Origin: Shigella phage SHSML-45
Reading direction: 5' to 3' (one strand)
Sequence record: KX130863
DNA: 64,000 bases
Below the pieces are notes generated by a model. It was given only the letters and a program-made list of their open reading frames with translations, was not told the DNA's origin and searched no databases. The position numbers were made by a program, and so were the translations under genes. Of this stretch, positions 54,623 to 64,000 are shown piece after piece (the first letter of the stretch is position 1; each line of letters starts with the position of its first letter).

Positions 54623-54931
54623 ATGAGCGATCAGGTAAATCAAAACTATGAAGGACACGTTGACGACCAGTCCATCATGCTTTGGGAGAAGGAGGGAGAA
54701 CAAGTAAGACTAACCGTATCTGAATTTCGTGGGAATCTATACATGGGAATTCGTTACTGGCTCCAAGATATTACTGGAGAGTGGTTTCCAACGAAATCCG
54801 GCTTCTCTTTTCCTTATACCCTAGAAACTACGTCACAGCTATTCTACGCTTTTACGCAAATCCTCAGTGAATCCGAGGTCTTGCATGAAGTACAGAAACG
54901 AGCTGAAGAACTCAAAGCCAAGAATGCCTAG
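54623..54931 (+). CDS. hypothetical protein (102 aa)
   Basis: ORF. Confidence 0.55.
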   Translation: MSDQVNQNYEGHVDDQSIMLWEKEGEQVRLTVSEFRGNLYMGIRYWLQDITGEWFPTKSGFSFPYTLETTSQLFYAFTQILSESEVLHEVQKRAEELKAKNA

Positions 54932-54958
54932 TTCTTGGCTTTTTCTTTATAAATGTAC

Positions 54959-54987
54959 TTGCTTTCGACTCAGTTTTCATATATAAT
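54959..54987 (+). promoter_or_regulatory. sigma70-type early promoter (TTGCTT-N17-TATAAT)
   Basis: Consensus hexamers; leader TATTTATATAAATTGATGAGAG. Confidence 0.6.
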
Positions 54988-55018
54988 ATTTATATAAATT
55001 GATGAGAGATATAAATAA

Positions 55019-55990
55019 ATGACTAATGTAAAAGAATTTATTAAACGCTGTCAAGAAGCATATTATCAGGGTATGTCTTTAATCTCTGATGAGGAGTATG
55101 ATTGCCTGGTAAAACGCTTCCCGTTAGAAGAAGAGATCGGGCCTAAGGGTGATATTCCACACCTATATCGTATGTATTCTTTACAGAAAGTTTATTATAA
55201 CCGTGGGGATAAATCACCATTTAATCCTTTAGGTCAGGTAGAAACTGATAAGTTAGATGGTTGTGCAATTTCTCTGCTATATATTAACGGTGAATTTGTT
55301 CAAGCATTAACCCGTGGTAATGGTATTCTGGGAAATGATGTCACAAGCAACGTAAGATTGCTGAACATCCCTAAAAAGATTTCCCAAAAAGTACCTACTC
55401 AAATCACTGGTGAAGTTCTAATTACAAAAGAAGTAGAAAATAAACGTAACTTTGCCTCTGGTGCTATTAACCTCAAAGATAGTGATGCTTTCATACAACG
55501 CATTGGAGAAGGCGGTTTAATCTTTGTTGCTTATGGTATCCAATGTTCTGCTGAAGCTGTAGGTATTACAGAAGCATACTTAAAAGATATGCTTTGGCTA
55601 GAGAATGAGAACTTCTTAACAGTTGTTAATGTGCGTTCCTTCTTTAAATGGATTCCGACGGACGGTAAAGTTGTTCGTATTAATGACAACAACAAATTCT
55701 TCCGTGAGGGCTGGACAAATAAATTCCCTCGTGGAGCATTCGCCATTAAAGAGGATGAAGAAGGCGAGATTACAACTCTTACTAAAGTTGAATGGCAGGT
55801 AGGGGCTTCTGGTAAAGTAACTCCAGTTGGTTATTTCGAACCGGTAATTATTGATGATGCTACGATTGTTAAAGCGACTCTTAATAACGTTGATTATATT
55901 AACTCTCTCGATCTAGAGATCGGTTGCCAGATTCGAGTGATTCGTGCCGGTGGTGTAATCCCGTGCATAGTAGAGCGAGTATACGATTAA
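55019..55990 (+). CDS. NAD-dependent DNA ligase, N-terminal adenylation/OB fragment
   Basis: LigA-like N-terminus (EEYDCLV) and KxDG adenylation motif (KLDG). Confidence 0.75.
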   Translation: MTNVKEFIKRCQEAYYQGMSLISDEEYDCLVKRFPLEEEIGPKGDIPHLYRMYSLQKVYYNRGDKSPFNPLGQVETDKLDGCAISLLYINGEFVQALTRGNGILGNDVTSNVRLLNIPKKISQKVPTQITGEVLITKEVENKRNFASGAINLKDSDAFIQRIGEGGLIFVAYGIQCSAEAVGITEAYLKDMLWLENENFLTVVNVRSFFKWIPTDGKVVRINDNNKFFREGWTNKFPRGAFAIKEDEEGEITTLTKVEWQVGASGKVTPVGYFEPVIIDDATIVKATLNNVDYINSLDLEIGCQIRVIRAGGVIPCIVERVYD

Positions 55991-56040
55991 TACATAACCC
56001 TTTGCTACCCATCTACCATATCGGAATTATAAAGTGGTTA

Positions 56041-56069
56041 TTGACATTTTCGCCGCTTAGGTATATACT
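56041..56069 (+). promoter_or_regulatory. sigma70-type promoter (TTGACA-N17-TATACT) in the ligase spacer
   Basis: Near-consensus hexamers. Confidence 0.55.
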
Positions 56070-56133
56070 ATTATCATTCAGTTGAGGGATAGAAAGTTAT
56101 GGCGAGGGTAAGCAAAGTTAGTTAAAATTGTAG

Positions 56134-56162
56134 TTGCTAAATGCTTAAATACTTGCTATAAT
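56134..56162 (+). promoter_or_regulatory. sigma70-type early promoter (TTGCTA-N17-TATAAT) in the ligase spacer
   Basis: Consensus hexamers plus leader ATTTATATAAATTGATAAGGAAG. Confidence 0.55.
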
Positions 56163-56192
56163 ATTTATATAAATTGATAAGGAAGAAATTTG

Positions 56193-56972
56193 ATGAAAAT
56201 CGAAATTCCAACACAATGTCCCTCTTGTGGTTCTAAGCTCGATCTTGTCAACGGACAATTATTCTGTCGTAATAAGTCCAACTGTCCAGCTCAATCAAGT
56301 AAGTTAATTGAGAACTTCTGTACAAAAATGAAGTTAAAGGGTTTTGGCCCGAAAACTATTGAGAAGCTGGAGCTGACGAAGATTTCAGAACTATTTTACC
56401 TAACCGAAGAAGATTTGGTTAGAGCCGTGGGTAGCAAGGTTGCCGCTAAGTTAATTAGCGAATTAAATACTAAAGTTCGCGGAGACATTGACTTTGGTTC
56501 AGTTCTCGGTTCTTTAGGAATCCCTCTAATTGGAGAGGTTGCAGCAAAGAAATTGTCCCAAAATTGCACCAGTTTTCAAGATGTGAGAGCTGATGGCAAA
56601 GCTGGAGAAAATTATAAAGCCTGGCTAAATTCCCCACAAGGCAAGGATGTTATCGAATTACCGTGGAAATTCACAACTGGTATTAAAGGTGCTAAAGCTG
56701 AGGTCATCATCACTGATGGTCTAGTAGCCCAACCAAACGGAATAACGGTATGTATTACCGGATCTTTGCAAGATTTTGCAAATAGAACGGATGCAACAAA
56801 CTATTTAGAAGGTCTAGGATATACGGTTAAGAAATCCGTTACCAAAGACGTCAAATACCTAATCTGTGAGGATGAATCGAAGCGTTCTTCCTCATCTTAT
56901 AAGAAAGCCGAAACGAATGGGATAGAAATCCTGTCGATTAAAGAACTATTGGAGAAAAATAATAATGTCTAA
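56193..56972 (+). CDS. NAD-dependent DNA ligase, C-terminal fragment (Zn finger, HhH, BRCT-like)
   Basis: CPSCGSKL..CRNKSNCPAQ zinc finger at N-terminus; start taken at ATG 3 nt inside the track ORF. Confidence 0.7.
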   Translation: MKIEIPTQCPSCGSKLDLVNGQLFCRNKSNCPAQSSKLIENFCTKMKLKGFGPKTIEKLELTKISELFYLTEEDLVRAVGSKVAAKLISELNTKVRGDIDFGSVLGSLGIPLIGEVAAKKLSQNCTSFQDVRADGKAGENYKAWLNSPQGKDVIELPWKFTTGIKGAKAEVIITDGLVAQPNGITVCITGSLQDFANRTDATNYLEGLGYTVKKSVTKDVKYLICEDESKRSSSSYKKAETNGIEILSIKELLEKNNNV

Positions 56973-57732
56973 ACTGAACTGGAACGTAGAAGGTGTAACC
57001 GAGTCTCTGAAAGCAAAAGCCACTGCTCTGGGTGTTGCTGTAATCTCTCAAGAACAAGTAGCTGCTATCGCTGCTGAACTAGCTGCTGAAACTGGCAAAG
57101 ACGTTACTGCTCGCTCTGTTGGCTCTAAGCTGCGTAAAGAAGGTTTCGAAGTACAGAAAGCTAACGAAGTACAGAAATCCCCGTGGACTCCTGAGCAGGA
57201 AGCTGAACTGGTTGATTTCCTGAACGCTCATGCTGGTCAGTATACCTATGCTGAAATCGCTGCTGCTGTAGCTGGTGGTCAGTTCGGTGCTAAACAGGTA
57301 CAGGGTAAGATCCTGAGTCTGGAAATGACCGCTTCTGTTAAGCCAACCGAAAAAGCTGCTGCTGTTCGTTCCTTCACTCCGGATGAAGAAACTGATTTTG
57401 TTAATCAGGTTGTTGCTGGTGCTACTATTGAAGCTATCGCTGCTCACTTCGGTCGCAATATTAAGCAGATCCGTGGTAAAGCTCTGAGTCTGCTTCGTGA
57501 AGGTCGTATTGCTGCTATGCCGGTACAGGAAACTTCAAGTGCTAAAACTCGTGAAGATCTGTTAGAAGGTCTGGATCTGGTTAACATGACTGTTGCTGAG
57601 ATCGCTGAGAAAACTGGTAAGTCTGAGCGTGGTGTTAAATCTATGCTGTCTCGTCGTGGTCTGGTTGCTAAGGACTATGATGGTGCCGCTAAGCGTGCTA
57701 AACTGGATGCAAAAGCTGCGGCTGCTGTATAA
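56965..57732 (+). CDS. Ala-rich DNA-binding-like protein with four tandem HTH-like repeats
   Basis: Four ~60-aa repeats each with an I-A-x-x-x-G..R-G-K/V..L-S segment. Confidence 0.55.
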   Translation: MSKLNWNVEGVTESLKAKATALGVAVISQEQVAAIAAELAAETGKDVTARSVGSKLRKEGFEVQKANEVQKSPWTPEQEAELVDFLNAHAGQYTYAEIAAAVAGGQFGAKQVQGKILSLEMTASVKPTEKAAAVRSFTPDEETDFVNQVVAGATIEAIAAHFGRNIKQIRGKALSLLREGRIAAMPVQETSSAKTREDLLEGLDLVNMTVAEIAEKTGKSERGVKSMLSRRGLVAKDYDGAAKRAKLDAKAAAAV

Positions 57733-57791
57733 TTAGAAGGCAGATAAGGAGAACTTCGGTTCTCCTTTCTTGTATATTAGAAGGCTACATA

Positions 57792-58373
57792 ATGGGGGAG
57801 ATTACCCAGCAGTATCTTAAAACATTATTAAGATATGAGCCTGATACTGGAAATTTTTACTGGCTACCTAGAGAAAATAATCCTGCGTTCAATGCTAAGC
57901 ACGCTAACAAACCTGCAGGCTATATGCATTCATCAGGCTATATTTATATAAAGATAACCTTAGAGTCAGGTATACAAAAATCTATGGGAGCACATAGGTG
58001 GGCCTTTCTATATATGGAAGGAGAAATCCCTGACAAGGTTGATCATAAAAATAGAATTAAAACTGATAATACTTGGAATAACTTACGTGAAGTTACTTCC
58101 TCTCAAAATTCCGCTAATAGCTTTATAGGTAACAAGCTAGGCATTCGTAACATAGAAGTAACAAAAAATAACACATTTAAAGTAACCATATCTAAAAACT
58201 CCAAAGTATTTAGAAAAACCCTAAAAACTCTAGGAGAAGCTCTGTGGTATAGAGATAAGCTGCTTTTAGCCTTGTACGGAGATTTCGCAGCCCTAGATGC
58301 TCTAGATATAGAGAGGGTTAAACCGCAGAATATAGTGGATAACTTTACAGAGGAGTTGCTAGATAATGTTTAA
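57792..58373 (+). CDS. HNH homing endonuclease
   Basis: AHRWAFLYMEGEIPDKVDHKNRIKTDNTWNNLRE motif. Confidence 0.8.
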   Translation: MGEITQQYLKTLLRYEPDTGNFYWLPRENNPAFNAKHANKPAGYMHSSGYIYIKITLESGIQKSMGAHRWAFLYMEGEIPDKVDHKNRIKTDNTWNNLREVTSSQNSANSFIGNKLGIRNIEVTKNNTFKVTISKNSKVFRKTLKTLGEALWYRDKLLLALYGDFAALDALDIERVKPQNIVDNFTEELLDNV

Positions 58374-59832
58374 CGTGCAAGCTGTAGTGTTGAAGATGCT
58401 TCTAGCTTCCGAACAGAAGCAAATAGCATTGGAAACATTCTCAAAACTGCATAAAGATCATTTTAATGACGCTTTCTCCTCAATTTACCAAGCCGTCCAG
58501 AATTATTATAAAAAATATAACACAATGCCGTCCATTGACGCACTGATGCTTGAGGCTAATAGGAACGCCCGCCTTTCTCAAGCTCTAGTCGTCTTAGCTA
58601 ACACTCAAATTCCAGAAGTGAGCATGGAACAGGCACTTGAAGTCCTAGAAGCCGAATATACACAGGATTTATTCCTGAAGCTTCTAGAAACAGACGTGCT
58701 TCAAGATTTAACAATGCTGGATCAGGGAGAAATTCTCAACCGAGTTGCCTCCCTTCACTTAAAATTAGAAGAGAAAGTAACGAATACTGGAAAAGTATTC
58801 AACGCAGACACAATGCGTATTTTCCAGAGAGAAGAAGATACCAAACTGAACTTGATCGCTCTTGGTATTTGTAATGAGTTCGACGCTCAAATTGGTTTAG
58901 CTCGCACAGAAACGTTACTGCTTGGTGGTTGGCGTGGTACTGGTAAATCCATTATCTGTTCAAACATACAGGTTCAGCAATATTTGAATGGAGATATTGC
59001 TCCATACTTCTCAATTGAGATGAAAGAACATGAAGTATTTAGACGTAATCTAGCCATGTTAGCTGGTGTATCAGCACTAGCAATGCGTAATAATACTCTA
59101 GAAGGTGCAGCTCTGTTGAGATTAGCCAGAACTAGAGCTAGGATGTTTAATGGTGGTGAAGAGCTTTTCGATAACTTCGTTAAACAGTACACAATGGCTA
59201 AGATGAGTGATTTCTACGATATGGAAAGTAAGCTAATAGAAGGGTATGAACTACATACTCCTATGATTATTGTTTATGATCCTGAGCTGTCTATTACAAC
59301 AGTTGACGTAGAATTAAATAAATTAGTTGCTAGATATGGGGATAAAGTTACAGTAGCTTTACTGGACTATATTAACCAAACCCGACTTCCAGACTCTAAA
59401 ACCATTGATATGTATGACTGGAAAGAACAGATGGTTGTTAGCTCGTCTTTCAAATCTATCTGCCAGAAACATAACGTGGCTGGTGTAGCTCCTTACCAGA
59501 TTGATCAAGATGGTAGAACACGTATGTCAAAAGGGATTCTTGATTCCGCAGACATGGCTGCTAATCTTAATGCTGCAAAAGCTGATAATGGTCAAGGTGC
59601 TATTATGTTTGACTTCGTTAAGACCCGTTCTTCTGATAGCGTGAAGTTTATGCCTAAAATGAACTGGGAAACCCTGCGGATGGATAACACTACCAACCTA
59701 GCAATGGAAGATATATCTCAAATGGAAGCTGAGTTCGTTATCCCTATTGAGAAGGATAAGCCAGCTCAATCTAAACGTGCTAAGAAAGACAAAGCTGAAA
59801 ATTCAACAGGTGAACAGGCCAGCGATATATGA
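58366..59832 (+). CDS. DnaB-like replicative DNA helicase
   Basis: Walker A GGWRGTGKS and RecA-like core; 488 aa. Confidence 0.65.
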   Translation: MFNVQAVVLKMLLASEQKQIALETFSKLHKDHFNDAFSSIYQAVQNYYKKYNTMPSIDALMLEANRNARLSQALVVLANTQIPEVSMEQALEVLEAEYTQDLFLKLLETDVLQDLTMLDQGEILNRVASLHLKLEEKVTNTGKVFNADTMRIFQREEDTKLNLIALGICNEFDAQIGLARTETLLLGGWRGTGKSIICSNIQVQQYLNGDIAPYFSIEMKEHEVFRRNLAMLAGVSALAMRNNTLEGAALLRLARTRARMFNGGEELFDNFVKQYTMAKMSDFYDMESKLIEGYELHTPMIIVYDPELSITTVDVELNKLVARYGDKVTVALLDYINQTRLPDSKTIDMYDWKEQMVVSSSFKSICQKHNVAGVAPYQIDQDGRTRMSKGILDSADMAANLNAAKADNGQGAIMFDFVKTRSSDSVKFMPKMNWETLRMDNTTNLAMEDISQMEAEFVIPIEKDKPAQSKRAKKDKAENSTGEQASDI

Positions 59833-60362
59833 TAACACAGGAACGACTAAAAGAACTGTTTGACTACTCCCCAGAGACTGGGGAGTTTATTAGAAAAGTA
59901 TCTAGAGGCAACCAGAAAGCCGGGAGTATAGTAACTAGAAAGGATTCAAACGGTTATATAATTATCGGTATAGATGGTAGGGATTATAAAGCCCATCGTA
60001 TGGCCTTCCTATTTATGGAAAACACGTTACCTGAAAAAGTAGACCATATAAACCGTATACGAAGTGATAATCGATGGTGTAATCTAAGAGACGCCACAGC
60101 CCAGGAAAATAGTAGAAATAAAACCGCATGTAGTAAGTCTGGATATTTGGGAGTTGCTTGGGATATAGAAAAACAAAGATGGAGAGTTCAAGTAAGAGAC
60201 TCTAATAGCACTCTTAAAAATGGTGGCAGATTTAAGTATGAAGAGCTAGAGCTAGCTGTAAATTCAGCAAATATATTAAGGACTAAGTTACATGGAGAAC
60301 GTGCTGTTATAGAATTTTTTGATACATCTAATTATCCTTCACTGGAGGAGTTAAATTCATGA
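59829..60362 (+). CDS. HNH homing endonuclease between helicase and primase
   Basis: MITQERLKELFDYSPETGEF N-terminus and AHRMAFLFMENTLPEKVDHINRIRSDNRWCNLRD motif. Confidence 0.8.
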   Translation: MITQERLKELFDYSPETGEFIRKVSRGNQKAGSIVTRKDSNGYIIIGIDGRDYKAHRMAFLFMENTLPEKVDHINRIRSDNRWCNLRDATAQENSRNKTACSKSGYLGVAWDIEKQRWRVQVRDSNSTLKNGGRFKYEELELAVNSANILRTKLHGERAVIEFFDTSNYPSLEELNS

Positions 60363-61249
60363 GTAGAATAACAGAGTTACTTGATCTAAAAGGAATTGAG
60401 TACAAGGATACAGGCGGGGATATTCTTATATGCTGCCTGAATCCTGAACACGAGGATAAACACCCAAGTTTGCGTATTGATCCTGAAACCGGGATTATGC
60501 ACTGCTTGAGTTGCGGTTTTGGCAAAGGTATACCTAGTATTTATCATTATTTTAATGAGACTCAATATAGACAATCTCCAAGACTATCCCAAGTACGTAA
60601 AAAAATTTCTGAGATTAGAAATGGATCTACGAATCTTGCAATCCCAGAATCTGCTTTTCTTTTTGAAGGTGATTTCCGAGGTATCAGTTCTAAGACCTTA
60701 AAGAAATATTTTGCTTTCCAACACCAAGAGGACTGGGAAGGCAGAATTGTATTCCCAATCACAGATGCTGTTGGACGCAATATCCTATTTTTGGGTCGTT
60801 CTATAAACAGTTCTGCCCCTCCTAAATACTTAGTAAAACCAAAACAAGTTTCACCACCAATTTTTCCTGTACGATATAATACTCCAGTTCTTATTCTAGT
60901 TGAAGGCATCTTTGATATGCTGAACCTAGAGGATAATGGTATAGACTATGCTTCTTGCTGCTTTGGTACACATCAGTTTACTTCGGATAACATTGCTGAT
61001 AAGTTCAGTCCTTACATTATTGCTGGAGTAAGAGTAGTTGTTATCTTGCTAGATAATGATGCCTCTGGTAATAAAGCTGCTCAAGCACTAGCGAAGCTAA
61101 TTCGTACAAAAACACGTTTAACACCTGTAGTTGGTAACTTCCTTCTTCCAGAAGGTAAAGACCCAGGTGATTTAAATAAAGAAGAGATCGATATGTTGGC
61201 TCAACGTATTGAAATTTTAGTTGCCGAATCGCTCAAAGATTTGGTATAA
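60359..61249 (+). CDS. DnaG-like DNA primase
   Basis: Zinc-binding CC..H..H-x19-C-x2-C near N-terminus; Toprim-like EGIFD and DNDASG motifs. Confidence 0.75.
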   Translation: MSRITELLDLKGIEYKDTGGDILICCLNPEHEDKHPSLRIDPETGIMHCLSCGFGKGIPSIYHYFNETQYRQSPRLSQVRKKISEIRNGSTNLAIPESAFLFEGDFRGISSKTLKKYFAFQHQEDWEGRIVFPITDAVGRNILFLGRSINSSAPPKYLVKPKQVSPPIFPVRYNTPVLILVEGIFDMLNLEDNGIDYASCCFGTHQFTSDNIADKFSPYIIAGVRVVVILLDNDASGNKAAQALAKLIRTKTRLTPVVGNFLLPEGKDPGDLNKEEIDMLAQRIEILVAESLKDLV

Positions 61250-61311
61250 TATATTGGTAAGTTAGAGAAGAAACACTGAAGTTATACTTACTTACCAAAA
61301 GGAGACTAAAT

Positions 61312-63879
61312 TTGAAAATTGCAGTAGTTGATAAAGCTCTAAATAACACTCGTTATGATAAACACTTCCAGCTTTATGGTGAGGAAGTTGATGTATTCCA
61401 TATGTGTAACGAGAAGTTATCTGGTCGTTTGCTGAAAAAGCATATTACAATCGGAACTCCAGATAACCCGTTCGATCCGAACGATTACGATTTTGTTGTG
61501 CTAGTTGGTGCTGAACCTTTCCTGTATTTCGCAGGTAAGAAAGGTATCGGTGATTATACTGGTAAACGTGTAGAGCATGGCGGCTATGCCAACTGGATTG
61601 CAAGTATTAGTCCAGCTCAGCTACACTTTAAACCTGAAATGAAACCAGTTTTCGATGCTACTGTTGAAAGTATTCACGACATTATTAATGGTCGTGAGAA
61701 GATTGCAAAAGCTGGTGATTATCGTCCTATTACTGATCCAGACGAAGCTGAAGAATACATCAAGATGGTGTATAACATGGTTATCGGACCTATCGCATTC
61801 GACTCCGAAACCTCAGCTCTGTATGCTCGTGATGGTTATCTTCTTGGTGTTTCTATGTCTCACCAAGAGTATCAGGGTGTATATATCGATTCTGACAGCA
61901 TCACCGAAGTAGCTGTACATTATCTCCAGAAAATTCTGGATAGCAAGAATCATCAGATCGTTTTTCATAACTTGAAGTTCGATATGCACTTTTATTCCTA
62001 TCATCTAGGACTTTCCTTTGAGAAAGCGCATAAAGAGCGTAGACTTCACGATACCATGTTGCAGCACTATGTTCTAGATGAACGTCGTGGTACTCATGGC
62101 TTGAAATCTCTAGCAATGAAGTATACCGATATGGGTGACTATGACTTCGAACTAGATAAGTTCAAGGATGATTATTGCAAGGCACATAAGATCAAAAAAG
62201 AGGATTTCAGCTATGATCTGATTCCTTTTGATATTATGTGGCCATATGCTGCAAAAGATACCGATGCTACTATACGTTTACATAACTTCTTCTTACCAAA
62301 AATTGAGAAGAACGAAAAACTTTGTAGTCTGTACTACGATGTTTTGATGCCTGGTTGCGTATTCTTGCAACGTGTTGAGGATCGTGGAGTACCTATCTCT
62401 ATTGATCGCTTGAAAGAAGCTCAGTATCAGTTGACACATCGATTAAATATGGCTCGTGAGAAGCTGTACACTTATCCAGAAGTCGTTCAGCTGGAGAAGG
62501 ATCAGAACGAAGCGTTTAACCCGAACTCTGTTAAGCAACTCCGTGTTCTTCTGTTTGATTATGTTGGTTTGACTCCAACTGGTAAACTGACGGATACAGG
62601 TGCAGATTCTACAAATGCAGAAGCTCTGAATGAACTGGCTACGCAGCATCCAATTGCTAAAACTCTGCTAGAGATTCGTAAGCTGACTAAGCTGATTTCT
62701 ACTTATGTTGAGAAGATTCTTCTGAGCATCGATGCAGATGGTTGCATTCGTACAGGTTTCCACGAACACATGACTACTTCTGGTCGTCTGAGTTCTTCTG
62801 GTAAGCTGAACCTGCAACAGTTACCACGTGATGAATCTATTATCAAGGGTTGTGTAGTTGCACCACCTGGATACCGTGTAATCGCGTGGGACTTAACAAC
62901 TGCGGAAGTTTATTATGCTGCTGTTCTATCTGGTGATAGAAATATGCAACAAGTATTTATCAACATGAGAAATGAACCTGATAAATACCCTGACTTCCAC
63001 TCTAACATCGCACACATGGTATTTAAATTGCAATGTGAACCCCGTGATGTTAAGAAGCTGTTCCCAGCTCTGCGTCAGGCTGCTAAGGCAATTACCTTTG
63101 GTATTTTGTATGGTTCTGGCCCAGCGAAAGTAGCTCATTCTGTTAACGAAGCTCTTCTGGAACAGGCTGCTAAGACAGGCGAACCGTTTGTTGAATGTAC
63201 CGTTGCAGATGCGAAGGACTATATCGAAACTTACTTCGGTCAGTTCCCTCAGCTTAAGCGTTGGATTGATAAGTGCCACGATCAGATCAAGAACTTTGGA
63301 TTCATCTATAGTCACTTTGGTCGTAAGCGTCGTCTGCACAACATCCATTCCGAAGATCGTGGTGTTCAGGGTGAAGAAATCCGTTCTGGATTTAACGCAA
63401 TCATTCAGTCTGCATCTTCTGATAGCCTGTTGTTAGGTGCTATTGATGCTGATGAAGAAATCCTGTCACTGGGTCTAGGAAAAGAGATGAAGATCGTCAT
63501 GTTGGTTCACGACTCCGTGGTTGCCATTGTACGTGAAGATCTGATCGATCAGTATAACGAGATTCTGATTCGTAACATCCAGAAGGATCGTGGTATTAGT
63601 ATCCCTGGCTGCCCAATCGGTATTGATTCTGATTCTGAGAAAGGTGGTTCTCGCGACTACTCTTGTGGTAAGATGAAGAAACAGCACCCATCAATCGCTT
63701 GTATTGATGATGATGAATATACTCGTTATGTTAAGGGTGTATTACTCGATGCAGATTTCGAGTATAAGAAGTTAGCTGCAATGGATAAAGAGCATCCAGA
63801 CCACAGCAAGTACAAGGATGATAAGTTTATTGCTGTATGTAAAGATTTGGATAATGTAAGAAGGATTCTCGGTGCTTAA
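61312..63879 (+). CDS. DNA polymerase, family A with 3-prime to 5-prime exonuclease
   Basis: 855 aa, TTG start with AAGGAG RBS; exo motif FDSETSAL; polymerase motifs KAITFGILYG and VHDS. Confidence 0.9.
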   Translation: MKIAVVDKALNNTRYDKHFQLYGEEVDVFHMCNEKLSGRLLKKHITIGTPDNPFDPNDYDFVVLVGAEPFLYFAGKKGIGDYTGKRVEHGGYANWIASISPAQLHFKPEMKPVFDATVESIHDIINGREKIAKAGDYRPITDPDEAEEYIKMVYNMVIGPIAFDSETSALYARDGYLLGVSMSHQEYQGVYIDSDSITEVAVHYLQKILDSKNHQIVFHNLKFDMHFYSYHLGLSFEKAHKERRLHDTMLQHYVLDERRGTHGLKSLAMKYTDMGDYDFELDKFKDDYCKAHKIKKEDFSYDLIPFDIMWPYAAKDTDATIRLHNFFLPKIEKNEKLCSLYYDVLMPGCVFLQRVEDRGVPISIDRLKEAQYQLTHRLNMAREKLYTYPEVVQLEKDQNEAFNPNSVKQLRVLLFDYVGLTPTGKLTDTGADSTNAEALNELATQHPIAKTLLEIRKLTKLISTYVEKILLSIDADGCIRTGFHEHMTTSGRLSSSGKLNLQQLPRDESIIKGCVVAPPGYRVIAWDLTTAEVYYAAVLSGDRNMQQVFINMRNEPDKYPDFHSNIAHMVFKLQCEPRDVKKLFPALRQAAKAITFGILYGSGPAKVAHSVNEALLEQAAKTGEPFVECTVADAKDYIETYFGQFPQLKRWIDKCHDQIKNFGFIYSHFGRKRRLHNIHSEDRGVQGEEIRSGFNAIIQSASSDSLLLGAIDADEEILSLGLGKEMKIVMLVHDSVVAIVREDLIDQYNEILIRNIQKDRGISIPGCPIGIDSDSEKGGSRDYSCGKMKKQHPSIACIDDDEYTRYVKGVLLDADFEYKKLAAMDKEHPDHSKYKDDKFIAVCKDLDNVRRILGA

Positions 63880-63888
63880 TTTCAAATT

Positions 63889-63917
63889 GCCCGTCTATGC
63901 GTTACGGGCGTTTGTAT
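63889..63917 (+). terminator. intrinsic terminator after the DNA polymerase gene
   Basis: GCCCGT-loop-ACGGGC stem followed by GTTTGTAT. Confidence 0.55.
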
Positions 63918-64000
63918 CAATTGAGCAAGAAGGTGATTATTCTGTAATTACAACAAGATATAATAAATATGTGCTAGATAACAGGAAGTTGCCTGGCACG

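Noticed and set aside
1-64000. Integrase, transposase, rRNA genes, and a radical-SAM NrdG activase
   Set aside because: No ORF in the track showed integrase/transposase catalytic motifs or a CxxxCxxC radical-SAM cluster, and no rRNA-like sequence was seen; this rests on manual inspection only.

Overview
This window reads as a segment of a T5-like (Demerecviridae-type) lytic phage genome; the identification rests on manual motif recognition in the supplied ORF translations and hand folding of RNA genes, with no database search run. Layout: (1) 1-3100, a short plus-strand block of small genes with hairpin terminators; (2) 3100-5230, a ~2 kb non-coding, repeat-rich region with two DnaA-box-like sites, a 13-bp repeat family and one nested HNH endonuclease gene, which may correspond to the T5 injection-stop/first-step-transfer boundary; (3) 5235-43712, a long minus-strand early block carrying many small membrane/hypothetical genes, phosphatases, a lysis cassette, a dNMP kinase, a ClpP-like protease, a tRNA island (9 well-folded tRNAs plus 3 non-canonical tRNA-like elements) and a nucleotide-metabolism operon (PhoH, NrdA with an in-frame intein, NrdB, DHFR, ThyA, RNase H); (4) 43961-63879, a plus-strand replication block (NrdD, a 929-aa P-loop helicase-like protein, a split NAD-dependent ligase, a DnaB-like helicase, a DnaG-like primase and an 855-aa family-A DNA polymerase). 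Nine HNH endonuclease genes and two zinc-ribbon/T5orf172-like genes are scattered through the window. A TTGCTT-N17-TATAAT promoter with a conserved leader recurs before many genes. No integrase, transposase, CRISPR array or rRNA was found. Coordinates of promoters, terminators and tRNAs were derived by hand and may be off by a few nucleotides.
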